From NCBI GenBank assembly GCA_963662655.2, contig CAXXTU010000002.1:3200001-3264000 (forward strand): a stretch of 64,000 bases of DNA. Reading direction: 5' to 3'. Below, one piece after another: positions 37,501-47,323 of the stretch (the first letter of the stretch is position 1; each line of letters opens with the position of its first letter). Below the pieces are notes generated by a model. That model was not told the DNA's origin. It ran no database searches and saw nothing but the letters and a program-made list of their open reading frames with translations. A program made the translations under genes and the position numbers. This stretch comes from Candidatus Cloacimonadales bacterium. GTDB taxonomy: Bacteria; Cloacimonadota; Cloacimonadia; Cloacimonadales; JAIOQZ01.

Positions 37501-39095
37501 TTTTTCTTCTTTCTATCCTTCGAGTATGTGATAAGCGGCTTACCGCCCTTTTCATGGAATGATTTGATGATCATCTCGGCTTTGTCGAACGGAACGTTGA
37601 TGAACGAGAAGTTGTCCAGTACCTGAACATCCTTGATCTGTCTTTTCTTGATTATTACACGGCTTATGATCAGATCGACAAGCGATCTCTCGTTGATGCC
37701 GTCCCGTTTGCCCCGTGCCACGAAAAGGCGTGTAATCCCTTGCATGTCCAGATTATCAGTTCTTGAAGAGATTGGCTTGATAGCGCCGTAGATATCCGGA
37801 TTGATTTCGTCCTCGAAGCAATAATTCAAAATTGCAGCGAGAACGAGAGTTGGATTCTCCTTCTCCAAAAGGTTCTTTGCCCACTTGAAATACTTTTCTT
37901 CGATCTGGTCGCTCATGATCGTTTGCAGATCCCCCGCGATTTTCTGCTTCTTCACCCTGATGATTTCATCCACTTCGGGAATCGTGGATTTCTTGATATC
38001 GGTGTTGGCGAATTTCTGGATGTAGACGAGTCGCTTGTATTCGCTTGGTGTGATAAATGTGATTGCGGTACCCTCGTTGCCGGCTCGTCCGGTTCTGCCG
38101 ATACGATGCACGTACGCTTCGGCGTCGTGCGGAAGCGAGAAGTTGATCACGTGGGTCAGGTTGATCACATCGATGCCTCTGGCAGCTACGTCGGTGGCGA
38201 CGAGGATGTTGATCTTCATTTCCTTGAACTTGTTGAGCGTTCGCTCCCTCTTGCCCTGATGGATATCGCCGTGGATCGCCTCGGCGTCGTAACCGCGATC
38301 GAGAAGCTGATTCACGAGCGTATCGACGTCGTTTTTGGTACGGCAAAAGACGAGCCCGTAGAAGTTCTCCTCGATGTCTATAATGCGGCAAAGGGCTTCG
38401 AGCTTATCGGAGGCTTTCACCTCGAAATATATCTGCTCCGTTAGGTTCGTGGTCAGTTGGTCTTTTTCCACTGAGAGGAGCTTGTAGCCTTCCATGTAGT
38501 TGTTGGCCAGCTTCTTGATCTTCTCCGGCATTGTTGCGGAAAAGAGCAATGTCCGCTTCGATGAGTTCGTGTGCTTCATGATTTCTTCCATGTCATCGAT
38601 GAAGCCCATGTTCAGCATTTCGTCGGCCTCGTCAATGATGAGGTAGTCGATCTTGCTGAAGTCCAGCGTCCTACGCCTGATGTGGTCGATGACGCGTCCC
38701 GGTGTTCCTACGATGATCTGCACGCTCTTCTTCAGACGCCGGAATTGCTGCTCGATCGATTGTCCGCCGTAGATAGGAACCGTGCGCGTTTCTTTCCGAC
38801 CTCGCAGCGACCATATTTCTTCGGAAACCTGAATCGCGAGTTCACGAGTCGGGACGAGGATCAGCGCGCATACGTTCTCGGCTTCGGGGTCGATCATGTC
38901 CAGGAGCGGTAAACCGAAAGCTGCGGTCTTGCCGGTACCTGTTTGAGCCTGCGCGATGATGTTGCAGTTCTCTTGAAGCATGACGGGAATGGTAATTGCC
39001 TGGATCTCTGTGGGCTCTTCGAAGCCTTTTTCAGCGATTGCGTGCAGCGCACCTTCCGAAAGCCCCAGTTCATTGAAATTCATCTCTTTTTGCAT
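37497..39095 (-). CDS. deaD: DEAD-box RNA helicase with C-terminal DbpA-type RNA-binding domain
   Basis: AQTGTGKT, PTRELA, DEAD, SAT, ARGID and HRIGRTGRAG. Confidence 0.93.
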   Translation of the reverse strand: MQKEMNFNELGLSEGALHAIAEKGFEEPTEIQAITIPVMLQENCNIIAQAQTGTGKTAAFGLPLLDMIDPEAENVCALILVPTRELAIQVSEEIWSLRGRKETRTVPIYGGQSIEQQFRRLKKSVQIIVGTPGRVIDHIRRRTLDFSKIDYLIIDEADEMLNMGFIDDMEEIMKHTNSSKRTLLFSATMPEKIKKLANNYMEGYKLLSVEKDQLTTNLTEQIYFEVKASDKLEALCRIIDIEENFYGLVFCRTKNDVDTLVNQLLDRGYDAEAIHGDIHQGKRERTLNKFKEMKINILVATDVAARGIDVINLTHVINFSLPHDAEAYVHRIGRTGRAGNEGTAITFITPSEYKRLVYIQKFANTDIKKSTIPEVDEIIRVKKQKIAGDLQTIMSDQIEEKYFKWAKNLLEKENPTLVLAAILNYCFEDEINPDIYGAIKPISSRTDNLDMQGITRLFVARGKRDGINERSLVDLIISRVIIKKRQIKDVQVLDNFSFINVPFDKAEMIIKSFHEKGGKPLITYSKDRKKKK

Positions 39096-39541
39096 ATTAT
39101 CTCCATTTACCTTGAAAATTATGGAGATTGAATATACATAAATTTCAGGGTCATTGTTTTTGCTCTCTGAACTAACAATAACAAATTACAGCTTCAGGTC
39201 AATCTAAAACAACAAATTATTGATTGCGAAATAGAAAGCTCGAGACGAAGTATTTTTTATGTGCTTTCCATGTCAAAACAATTCGGTATTTATTTTTTAT
39301 ATAACTTCGGTTGCATCGGCAACTCTGATATTGGAGGAATGGAAATGATGTAGGACAAATCATGCAATCGATCTTAAAACAGCCAGGAGAGCCTTGAAAA
39401 ATAATGTCTGAAAACATGGCCCATTTTCTTTAACAAAATTGGGGATCATGAATGAAAAGTACTTGACATCCGATATAATTCTTTCCGTTCTCTATCAACT
39501 GATTACTTCAATTATGTGCTTAATAATGACATGGAGGAAAA

Positions 39542-40474
39542 ATGGTTCCAAGGTTTCTCTTGTTGTTCTCCCTCTGCTTGATTCACATTTGTCTCTCAGG
39601 GCAGATTATCCCGACGAATGGAATGGTCGTCCATTATCCATTTAATGGAGATCATCTCGACGCCAGCGGCAACGATCTGCATCTTTCTATGATAGGTGAT
39701 CCCATTCCCTGTCCGGACCGACACGGGAATCCCAATTCAGCATATTTCCTCGACGGTAGCGGCGACTACTTCTTTGTCGAAGACGATCCGCTGCTACGAC
39801 CCTTCCAATACACAGTCTCTGCCTGGTTTTGCTCGACGGGGCTTAATCAGTATGGCCGCATCCTGGAAAAGCGCTACAGCATCCCAAGCTTTCCGTGGAC
39901 ATCCTTTCTCCTGGAATACAACCGCGATCTCCACACAGCCGAGACACAACTGACCACCAATACAGGGAGGGTCGTTCTCAACTCGAGCGGTTCCGCACCG
40001 GCAAACGAATGGTGCCTTCTAACAGTTACATTCGACGGCGATTCGCTTCGACTCTATCTGAACGGACAACTGGACACGGCAATCCCCAAGACCGGAAATG
40101 TCTCTTACAGCTCCGAATCGCTCTTCATCGGTGTCGCTCATGGCGGTTGTAGCACAGCATATTGCTTCGACGGGGCAATCGACGACGTGCTGATCTACAA
40201 CAGGCCCTTGACAAACACCGAGATTTTGGATATGTATGTCGATGTTCCTGTTCCCGAAAATGTCGTGTTAACCGCTTCTGGAAGCGGAATCAATCTATAC
40301 TGGAATGCTGTTCCGGGAAGTGTCACATACAACGTGTATTCCGCTCCGATCCCAGATGCGGTGTTCCCTGCGGGTTATACCTTGGAGCAGGCGGGACTGA
40401 TCGTGTGCAGTTGGATCGATTCCGCCTCCATCGGCGAGCAGAAATACTACGTTGTGACTGCCGTGAAGGAGTGA
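39542..40474 (+). CDS. Secreted LamG-domain protein with FN3-like C-terminal domain
   Basis: Signal peptide. YPFNG...D.SGN, DRHGNPNSAY and F.G.IDDVLIYNRPL. Confidence 0.85.
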   Translation: MVPRFLLLFSLCLIHICLSGQIIPTNGMVVHYPFNGDHLDASGNDLHLSMIGDPIPCPDRHGNPNSAYFLDGSGDYFFVEDDPLLRPFQYTVSAWFCSTGLNQYGRILEKRYSIPSFPWTSFLLEYNRDLHTAETQLTTNTGRVVLNSSGSAPANEWCLLTVTFDGDSLRLYLNGQLDTAIPKTGNVSYSSESLFIGVAHGGCSTAYCFDGAIDDVLIYNRPLTNTEILDMYVDVPVPENVVLTASGSGINLYWNAVPGSVTYNVYSAPIPDAVFPAGYTLEQAGLIVCSWIDSASIGEQKYYVVTAVKE

Positions 40475-40577
40475 AGGCGTACTCCCTTAGCCTGCTGATT
40501 CGAACGCAACTTTTTGTGCTTGACATAACTCCATGAAAACGTGTATGAAAAGCGCACAATACCAATTGGAGTTATGA

Positions 40578-42944
40578 ATGACGTTGTTTGAAGCTGCGAG
40601 AAATGAAGTTGCGTCGCTGACCGGCCGCAAACGCCTGGTCGGTTTGTATATGAGATTCAAGGAGTTTCTGGAAGAGCGCGAAGAAGAGATGACGGAGCTT
40701 GCCGGGACTTTTTGCGATGAATCCGTCGAGGATCCTCAGGAGCAGGCGGACCGGTTGTTTCTGCTGACGCTGGTCAGCTTCAACGCGGAGGATGACCGGA
40801 AGGTCGAGATGTATGTTACCCGTGCGAAGGAAATCCTTTTCCGGATGGGCGAAGACGATCAGGCGTACGTGATGAACGATATCATGGTGGGTATTCATAC
40901 AGATGCGCAGGAATACAAGACCGTAATCCCCTACGCGCTCGAGAGCCTCAGGAATTACGAAAAGCTGAACGACGAATACCGCCTTGCACAGGTGTTGAAC
41001 AACCTTGGAATTTCCTATTCGAGCCTGAATCGTTTCTCTGATGCCCTGCCCGTGCTTAATCGTGGGCTCGCCTTGAATCTGAAGAACAACGAACCTGATA
41101 TCGTCAATTCATACAATAACATAGCGAGCCTTTACCTGCGTGTGCGGCTGTACAACAAAGCTCTCGCAACCTACAAACTTGCGTTGGAAGCATGCGAGAA
41201 ATTCGGGCTTGAAGCCATGGAATACATCGTGCTGAACAATATTGCCAACATCAATACGGACCTGGAGAACTACTCCGAGGCATTGCAGTATTACCGGCAA
41301 GCACTTCAGAAATGCGGTAACGACTACAGAAACATGGCGATTACAATCAACAACATTGGTATGGTCTTCTATTTTCAAGAGAAGTACAGCGATGCGATCG
41401 AGAACTTCGAGAAATCGCTCAAAATATGCCAGGAAAAACGCTTCTCCTATACCGAAGCGAAGAACCTGTACAACATTGGACACACCCATACGAAGATGAA
41501 TCGTTTCGACGAGGCCCGCACTCTTCTGCTGGAGGCTCGCCCGATGGTGGAAAACACGGGAGACTTACGGCTTCTGGCTGATGTCGATATTGCCCTTGCC
41601 GAATTGAACACTGCTACCAAACGCTATGATGAAGCGCTCGCGATCCTGGAGGATGTCTATCGCCGTCCCCATGACGAGTACAAGGATGTGGTCAATGTTG
41701 ATAAAGCATTTATCATGCTATACCGTGAGACGGATGACATAGAAAAACTGGCATTTTATCAAAGTAAGCTTCTTGAAAAATATGAGCAGAGGCACGAGAA
41801 AGATTTCACGCAACTGGTTGCCGAGATGCAAGTCGCGCTGGACTTGGAATTGAAGGAAAAAGAAGCCGAAATGCAGCGCCAGAAAGCGCTTGAGTTGCAG
41901 AAGAAGAACCAGGAGATTCTCGAGCAGAAGCATAAGCTTGAGAGGACCCTCGAAGAGCTTCACAAATCGGAGATCAGCTACGAGTTCCTGCAAAAGGAAT
42001 ACAAAGATCAGCTCGGTTCGATGATCATCGGCGAAAGCGAACCCATGCGGAGGCTTCACTCGCTCATCAGCATGGTTGCCGCAGCAAATGACACCTCGGT
42101 TCTTATTACCGGCGAGACCGGAACCGGCAAGGAGCTGGTGGCGAGGGCGATTCACGAATTGAGCAGCCGAAAGCGCCGCACCTTCTGCGCGGTTAACGCT
42201 TCGAGTATCCCCGAAACTTTGTTCGAAAGCGAGTTTTTCGGCTATCGCAAGAATGCCTTCACGGGAGCCGACCGCGACAAGGCCGGCTGGTTCGAGATCG
42301 CGAATGAGGGGACGCTGTTCCTGGACGAAGTAGGCACCTGGCGGTACGACATCCAGTCCAAGTTCCTGCGAGTGCTGGAGAGTCGCAAGATCGTTCCCGT
42401 GGGGGGAGACCGCGAGATATCCGTCGATTTCAGACTCATCAGCGCCACAAACGACGATCTCCAATGCATGATACAGGACAACGGCTTCCGTGCGGACCTG
42501 TACTACCGGCTTTCATCGTTCATCATCAACATTCCGCCCCTTCGCGAGCGGATCGAGGACATCCCGCCGTTGCTCGAACACTATGTGAACTACTTCAACC
42601 AGCGCATGAACAAGAAGATTACGCGCATCGAAAAGCAGGTGGAAGACGCGTTGTCCCAGTACACGTTCCCGGGGAACGTGCGTGAGCTGAAAAACATGAT
42701 CGAGCACGCCATGATCATCTCGAACACTTCGACTTTACGTCTGTCTTCATTTTCCATCCCGCAGCAACAGGCTTTTGACGATATCGTCATTCCATTGGAT
42801 GAACATGAGAAGTCGATGATTCTCAAGGCCCTGAAGCAGACGAAGTACCATCAGAGCAACGCTGCGGAGCTGTTGGGCCTCACGCCGAAATCGATGGAGC
42901 GGCGCATGAAAAAGTACAATATCGTCAAACCTAAAAGGCGATAA
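40578..42944 (+). CDS. TPR-containing sigma-54-dependent activator
   Basis: TPR array, coiled coil, GETGTGKE, ESEFFGY.KNAFTGA, FPGNVRELKN and HTH. Confidence 0.92.
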   Translation: MTLFEAARNEVASLTGRKRLVGLYMRFKEFLEEREEEMTELAGTFCDESVEDPQEQADRLFLLTLVSFNAEDDRKVEMYVTRAKEILFRMGEDDQAYVMNDIMVGIHTDAQEYKTVIPYALESLRNYEKLNDEYRLAQVLNNLGISYSSLNRFSDALPVLNRGLALNLKNNEPDIVNSYNNIASLYLRVRLYNKALATYKLALEACEKFGLEAMEYIVLNNIANINTDLENYSEALQYYRQALQKCGNDYRNMAITINNIGMVFYFQEKYSDAIENFEKSLKICQEKRFSYTEAKNLYNIGHTHTKMNRFDEARTLLLEARPMVENTGDLRLLADVDIALAELNTATKRYDEALAILEDVYRRPHDEYKDVVNVDKAFIMLYRETDDIEKLAFYQSKLLEKYEQRHEKDFTQLVAEMQVALDLELKEKEAEMQRQKALELQKKNQEILEQKHKLERTLEELHKSEISYEFLQKEYKDQLGSMIIGESEPMRRLHSLISMVAAANDTSVLITGETGTGKELVARAIHELSSRKRRTFCAVNASSIPETLFESEFFGYRKNAFTGADRDKAGWFEIANEGTLFLDEVGTWRYDIQSKFLRVLESRKIVPVGGDREISVDFRLISATNDDLQCMIQDNGFRADLYYRLSSFIINIPPLRERIEDIPPLLEHYVNYFNQRMNKKITRIEKQVEDALSQYTFPGNVRELKNMIEHAMIISNTSTLRLSSFSIPQQQAFDDIVIPLDEHEKSMILKALKQTKYHQSNAAELLGLTPKSMERRMKKYNIVKPKRR

Positions 42945-42960
42945 TTGACGATTTCGTCAA
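42945..42960. promoter_or_regulatory. Candidate upstream activator sequence
   Basis: TTGACGA-TT-TCGTCAA palindrome about 85 bp upstream of the sigma-54 site. Confidence 0.5.
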
Positions 42961-43043
42961 AAACGGGTCATTTTACGAATCTTTCTTCCTCACAAAACTA
43001 CCGAAAATCTTCTATCTTGCATAAATACAACATATTGCGTTAA

Positions 43044-43059
43044 TGGTACAGGTCATGCA
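43044..43059 (+). promoter_or_regulatory. Sigma-54 (-24/-12) promoter
   Basis: TGGTACAGGTCATGCA has exact GG-N10-GC spacing. It lies after an AT-rich tract and just downstream of a sigma-54 activator gene. Confidence 0.7.
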
Positions 43060-43084
43060 TTAATACTTGATAAAGGAGTATACT

Positions 43085-43423
43085 ATGCATGTCCTGCTGT
43101 TCAATTGTCCCGGAAGCACGGTTGAGGAAACAACCGAGCTGCTACAGATTTCGGAAGTGAATGTCTACCTGGCAGTCTCGCAGAGTGATGTCTTGCGCAT
43201 CTTGAATTCAACACGGATCGACGTGGCTGTGCTATCGATCCCGGATTTGGAAAAACGTCTCCTGAAGCTGCTGCATTCCTTTACGGAAACACAATTCTAT
43301 CTGTACGGGGCTCCACCCGCATCGCTGGCAAGCTACAAGAATCTGCACGCCGTTAATGACGGAAGTTACATCCCGGCGTTTCGTAATTTTCTTATGCCTC
43401 ACAATATTGAAGCAACATCATGA
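43085..43423 (+). CDS. Small degenerate receiver-domain-like protein
   Basis: AAGGAG RBS. CheY-like pattern MHVLLF...IDVAVLSI with Ser at the usual phospho-Asp position. Confidence 0.5.
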   Translation: MHVLLFNCPGSTVEETTELLQISEVNVYLAVSQSDVLRILNSTRIDVAVLSIPDLEKRLLKLLHSFTETQFYLYGAPPASLASYKNLHAVNDGSYIPAFRNFLMPHNIEATS

Positions 43424-43482
43424 TAAAATCATACAAAAGAATAAAGAGCATCTCAATTCAAACCTGCAGTTAAGGAGTAAGC

Positions 43483-46400
43483 ATGCGCATACGAGTTTTT
43501 TATATTCTAACAATTTTCATCTCGATCCTTCAGCTTTCCGCCTTCGCCGGTGGCGACGGCTCCGAAGGTAATCCCTATCAAGTGAGTACGCTTGACGAGT
43601 TGCAGGAAACTGGTCATTACTCTTACCGATACAAGCATTTCATTCAGATTAACGACATCGATGCAAGCCCCACGGCTACCTGGAACGACGGTGACGGCTT
43701 TGTTCCCATCGGCTACTACTCCAACAAGTTTGCAGGCAGCTTCGACGGCCAGGGATTCGTTATCGACGGGCTCTACAGTCACGGTTATTACGCCGATGGG
43801 TTGTTTGGCGTCACGGAAAATGCAACACTATCCAACATCATCCTGACCAACTGCACGATCATCGGCAATGAAGAGAGGCCCAGCGGTGGGCTTGTCGCGC
43901 ACATGCAGGGCGGAAGTATCACCGGCTGTATCGTAACCGGAAGTGTCACGGGAGAAGATAGCATTGGTGGAATTGCCGGAGAACTGGAAGGCGGCGAAAT
44001 CTCCCTGAGCTACAGCGATGTAATCGTTAGCACCATCGAGTACAGTTGCTGGGCCGGTGGTCTGGTCGGATATTCTTCGAATTTTGCCACGATTACCGAC
44101 TGCTATGCACGGGGCCCCGTCACGAGCCAGGAAGGAACTGTCGGCGGACTCGTGGGCTATCTGACAGGAACCACGGTCACACGTTGTTACAGCTCCGGAC
44201 TTGTAACCTCTTCGAGTACCACTTCTGGCGGATTGGTTGGAAGTAGCTCGCAAGCCGTAGTGGAAGTCTCGTTCTGGGACATCGAAACCAGCGGCAAGGA
44301 CACGAGCGCGGAAGGAACCGGCATGACCACCGCTGCAATGAAGGATCCTGTAACGTACTTCGGTGCTTGCTGGGATTTTGTCAGTGAAACCCTCAATGGT
44401 ACCGAAGATGTGTGGGACATGGATCAGAGCGGAAACGTGCATGGCGGATATCCATATCTCAATTGGGAAGACGGCGCAACCGAGTATCTGCAACCCCATA
44501 CACTGGTCGGATCGGGTACCGAGGCAAATCCCTTTCGCGTATCGGGTATTATGGACCTCTGGTGGTTATCGACGAACTCGGATCTATGGGACAAACACTT
44601 TGTGCAAACGACCGACCTCGACCTCAGCTCCACCCGCGAGTGGAATGACGGCGACGGCTTCAAACCTATCGGCGATGCTACAGTATATTTCACCGGGTCT
44701 TACAACGGCCAAAATTTTCATGTTGATAATCTATTTATCGACCGCGACACGGACGAAAACGGATTGTTTGGGAAGGTAGGCGCAGGAGAGATATCGAACC
44801 TGCAAGTATTGAACTGCGATATAACGGGTGCGTTCCGCACTGCAGCGGTTGTTGCTTATTGTAACGGCGGTACGATAACGAATTGCTATTCAACCGGAAC
44901 AGTCAGCACAAGAAACGGTGGCGGCGGAATCACGGGCCGAATCGTCGGAACGCTTGTAGATCAATGTGCAACGACGGTGGAGGTCAGCTCTTATTCTGAC
45001 GGTTCGTATTGTGGCGGCCTTGTCGGCGGCGCTATCGAGAGTAGTACGATTACAAACTCAAATGCGCTCGGAAGCGTCAGTGGCGATAGTCGGTGCGGTG
45101 GCCTGGTCGGAACGCTGGAAGGTTCCACGGTCGAAAACTGTTATGCTCATGGAAGCGTTCGTGGCGTTAGTCAATGCGGCGGTTTGGTTGGAACCTTTGA
45201 AGATTCGACAGTCGAAAACTGTTATGCGCTTGGAGGCGTCAGTGGCGAAAGCCAGTGCGGCGGTTTGGTTGGATCGCTGGAAGATTCGACGATCGAAAAG
45301 TGTTTCAGCGCTGGTTCAATCACTGCAAATGAGACTGTCGGTGGACTGGTTGGGTACGTTGCAGGAACCAACAATATAACGGGTTGCTTCTGGGATACGG
45401 AAACATCCGGGCAATCAACCAGCGAGGGAGGCGAAGGAAAAACGACTGCCGAGATGAAATATCTATATATGTATCACGGCGCTGGCTGGGACCTCGTGGC
45501 GGAAACGAGAAACGGAACCGCCAACACCTGGGATATCGACTTGAGCGGCACGGTAAACGACGGTTATCCCTTCCTCTCCTGGCAAGATGGAGATGTCGAA
45601 CTACTCGGCGGACCGAGTGGTTCGGGTACGAGCTCCGCCCCCTACCTCGTCGCTACCCTGTACGACCTCTACTGGATGGGTGCGAACAGCAACAAATGGA
45701 GCAAGCACTATCTTCAAACCGCCGATATTGACGCCACCGATACCGCAAACTGGTACGACAGTACGGGATTCTATCCGATCGGATCGACTTATTTCTCATG
45801 TTTCTCTGGTGAATATAATGGACAGGGGTATTCAGTAAACGGGCTGTTCATTCACGGGAGTAGTCGGGAATACGTAGGTCTCTTCGGATATGCCAGAAAC
45901 GCAACGATCAGAAATGTGATGGTGATCGAAGTCGATATACAAGACAGCGGATGCGCTGGCGCTCTTGCCGGAAGCGCTTATAACTGCACAATAAACGACT
46001 GTCAAAGCAGCGGTACGGTTGAGTCGTACGAAGCCGGTGGGTTAATTGGAAGGCTGATGGGCTCAACGCTCACCCGTTGTTCCAGTTCGGCGTATGTGAA
46101 TGGATCGGATGGCGCAGAGAACGCCAATGGCGCTGGCGGACTCATATTCAGCATCTCCGAATCTACAGTCCGCCATTCTTATGCGACGGGCGATGTGGAT
46201 TGTTATAGTATTGCCGGAGGGTTAACTTGTTCTCTATCCAACGGCGATATATACGATTGCTTCAGCACTGGAAATGTGGACGGGTTATGGAGCGGGGGTC
46301 TGGTTGGCAAAAACAGTGGTGAAATCTATTATTGTTACAGCACGGGCTCCGTTGCCGACGATCTCTGTGAAGGAGGCCTTGTCGCCTTCGATAATGGTGG

Positions 46401-47310
46401 ATGCGTTACCGGATCGTTCTGGGACATCGAGACATCGGGAAGAAGCGCGAGTGCTGGCGGAACGGGGCTCACGACCACCGAGATGCAGACGGTTTCTACC
46501 TACCTCGACGCCGGTTGGGACATGGCCGGAGAGGCGTTGAACGGTACCGAGGACATCTGGATTCTGCTGCCCGACCAATATCCTTCCTTTACGAACAACT
46601 ACATTGCGCCGGTCATTACGGTGGTAAAAGACGTTCCGGGCGACCAGGGGCACCAGCTCGAATTGGCCTGGAATTCTTGCGAGTTCGACACCTTCTATAA
46701 TCCCAGTCAGTTCTACGTGCTGTGGAGGCTGGCTGGCAATACCCGCGCCATTGCGCATGATGCCGTTATCATCGACCATCCTGTCGATTTCATCACGCCC
46801 GAGGAAGACGATACGCGCCCCATCATCCTGCAGGATCGCGATCAGTATTGGAGCTATGTGGTGACGGTCCCGGCATCGGCATTTCCCGTTTACGGCTACG
46901 TAGCGCCCACAGTGGTCGATTCCTGCGCCGCGATGACAGCCGCCGAATACACCTCTACCTACAAGGTAATCTTTTACTTCGAAGATGGATACCTCTCGTC
47001 GCAGTCCGTATCCGGTTACTCCGTAGATAATGTTTCCCCGTATGCCACATCGGGTGTAACGCTGGCATTGGGCAATACCCGCACCAGCTCAGCTACGCTT
47101 CGCTGGGACGAAGTCACCGAAGGCGGCTTTGGCGGCAATAGCTATCCTGAGTTAAATGGCGTCTGGTATCGCGTATATGCCGGTGATACACCCGATTTTC
47201 AATGTAACGAATCGACGTTGTTTCAGACAACAAGAAACACAAGTATCGAAGTCGATCCGGCAGATGCAGCAAGAAGATTTTTCAAGATCGTGGTGAGCGA
47301 TCAGCAATAA
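43483..47310 (+). CDS. Secreted GLUG-motif beta-helix surface protein (3 modules)
   Basis: Signal peptide, FAGGDG...NPYQV start, repeated GGLVG and FWD.ETSG, conserved C-terminal domain. Confidence 0.88.
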   Translation: MRIRVFYILTIFISILQLSAFAGGDGSEGNPYQVSTLDELQETGHYSYRYKHFIQINDIDASPTATWNDGDGFVPIGYYSNKFAGSFDGQGFVIDGLYSHGYYADGLFGVTENATLSNIILTNCTIIGNEERPSGGLVAHMQGGSITGCIVTGSVTGEDSIGGIAGELEGGEISLSYSDVIVSTIEYSCWAGGLVGYSSNFATITDCYARGPVTSQEGTVGGLVGYLTGTTVTRCYSSGLVTSSSTTSGGLVGSSSQAVVEVSFWDIETSGKDTSAEGTGMTTAAMKDPVTYFGACWDFVSETLNGTEDVWDMDQSGNVHGGYPYLNWEDGATEYLQPHTLVGSGTEANPFRVSGIMDLWWLSTNSDLWDKHFVQTTDLDLSSTREWNDGDGFKPIGDATVYFTGSYNGQNFHVDNLFIDRDTDENGLFGKVGAGEISNLQVLNCDITGAFRTAAVVAYCNGGTITNCYSTGTVSTRNGGGGITGRIVGTLVDQCATTVEVSSYSDGSYCGGLVGGAIESSTITNSNALGSVSGDSRCGGLVGTLEGSTVENCYAHGSVRGVSQCGGLVGTFEDSTVENCYALGGVSGESQCGGLVGSLEDSTIEKCFSAGSITANETVGGLVGYVAGTNNITGCFWDTETSGQSTSEGGEGKTTAEMKYLYMYHGAGWDLVAETRNGTANTWDIDLSGTVNDGYPFLSWQDGDVELLGGPSGSGTSSAPYLVATLYDLYWMGANSNKWSKHYLQTADIDATDTANWYDSTGFYPIGSTYFSCFSGEYNGQGYSVNGLFIHGSSREYVGLFGYARNATIRNVMVIEVDIQDSGCAGALAGSAYNCTINDCQSSGTVESYEAGGLIGRLMGSTLTRCSSSAYVNGSDGAENANGAGGLIFSISESTVRHSYATGDVDCYSIAGGLTCSLSNGDIYDCFSTGNVDGLWSGGLVGKNSGEIYYCYSTGSVADDLCEGGLVAFDNGGCVTGSFWDIETSGRSASAGGTGLTTTEMQTVSTYLDAGWDMAGEALNGTEDIWILLPDQYPSFTNNYIAPVITVVKDVPGDQGHQLELAWNSCEFDTFYNPSQFYVLWRLAGNTRAIAHDAVIIDHPVDFITPEEDDTRPIILQDRDQYWSYVVTVPASAFPVYGYVAPTVVDSCAAMTAAEYTSTYKVIFYFEDGYLSSQSVSGYSVDNVSPYATSGVTLALGNTRTSSATLRWDEVTEGGFGGNSYPELNGVWYRVYAGDTPDFQCNESTLFQTTRNTSIEVDPADAARRFFKIVVSDQQ

Positions 47311-47323
47311 TTGGGAGAGAAAC

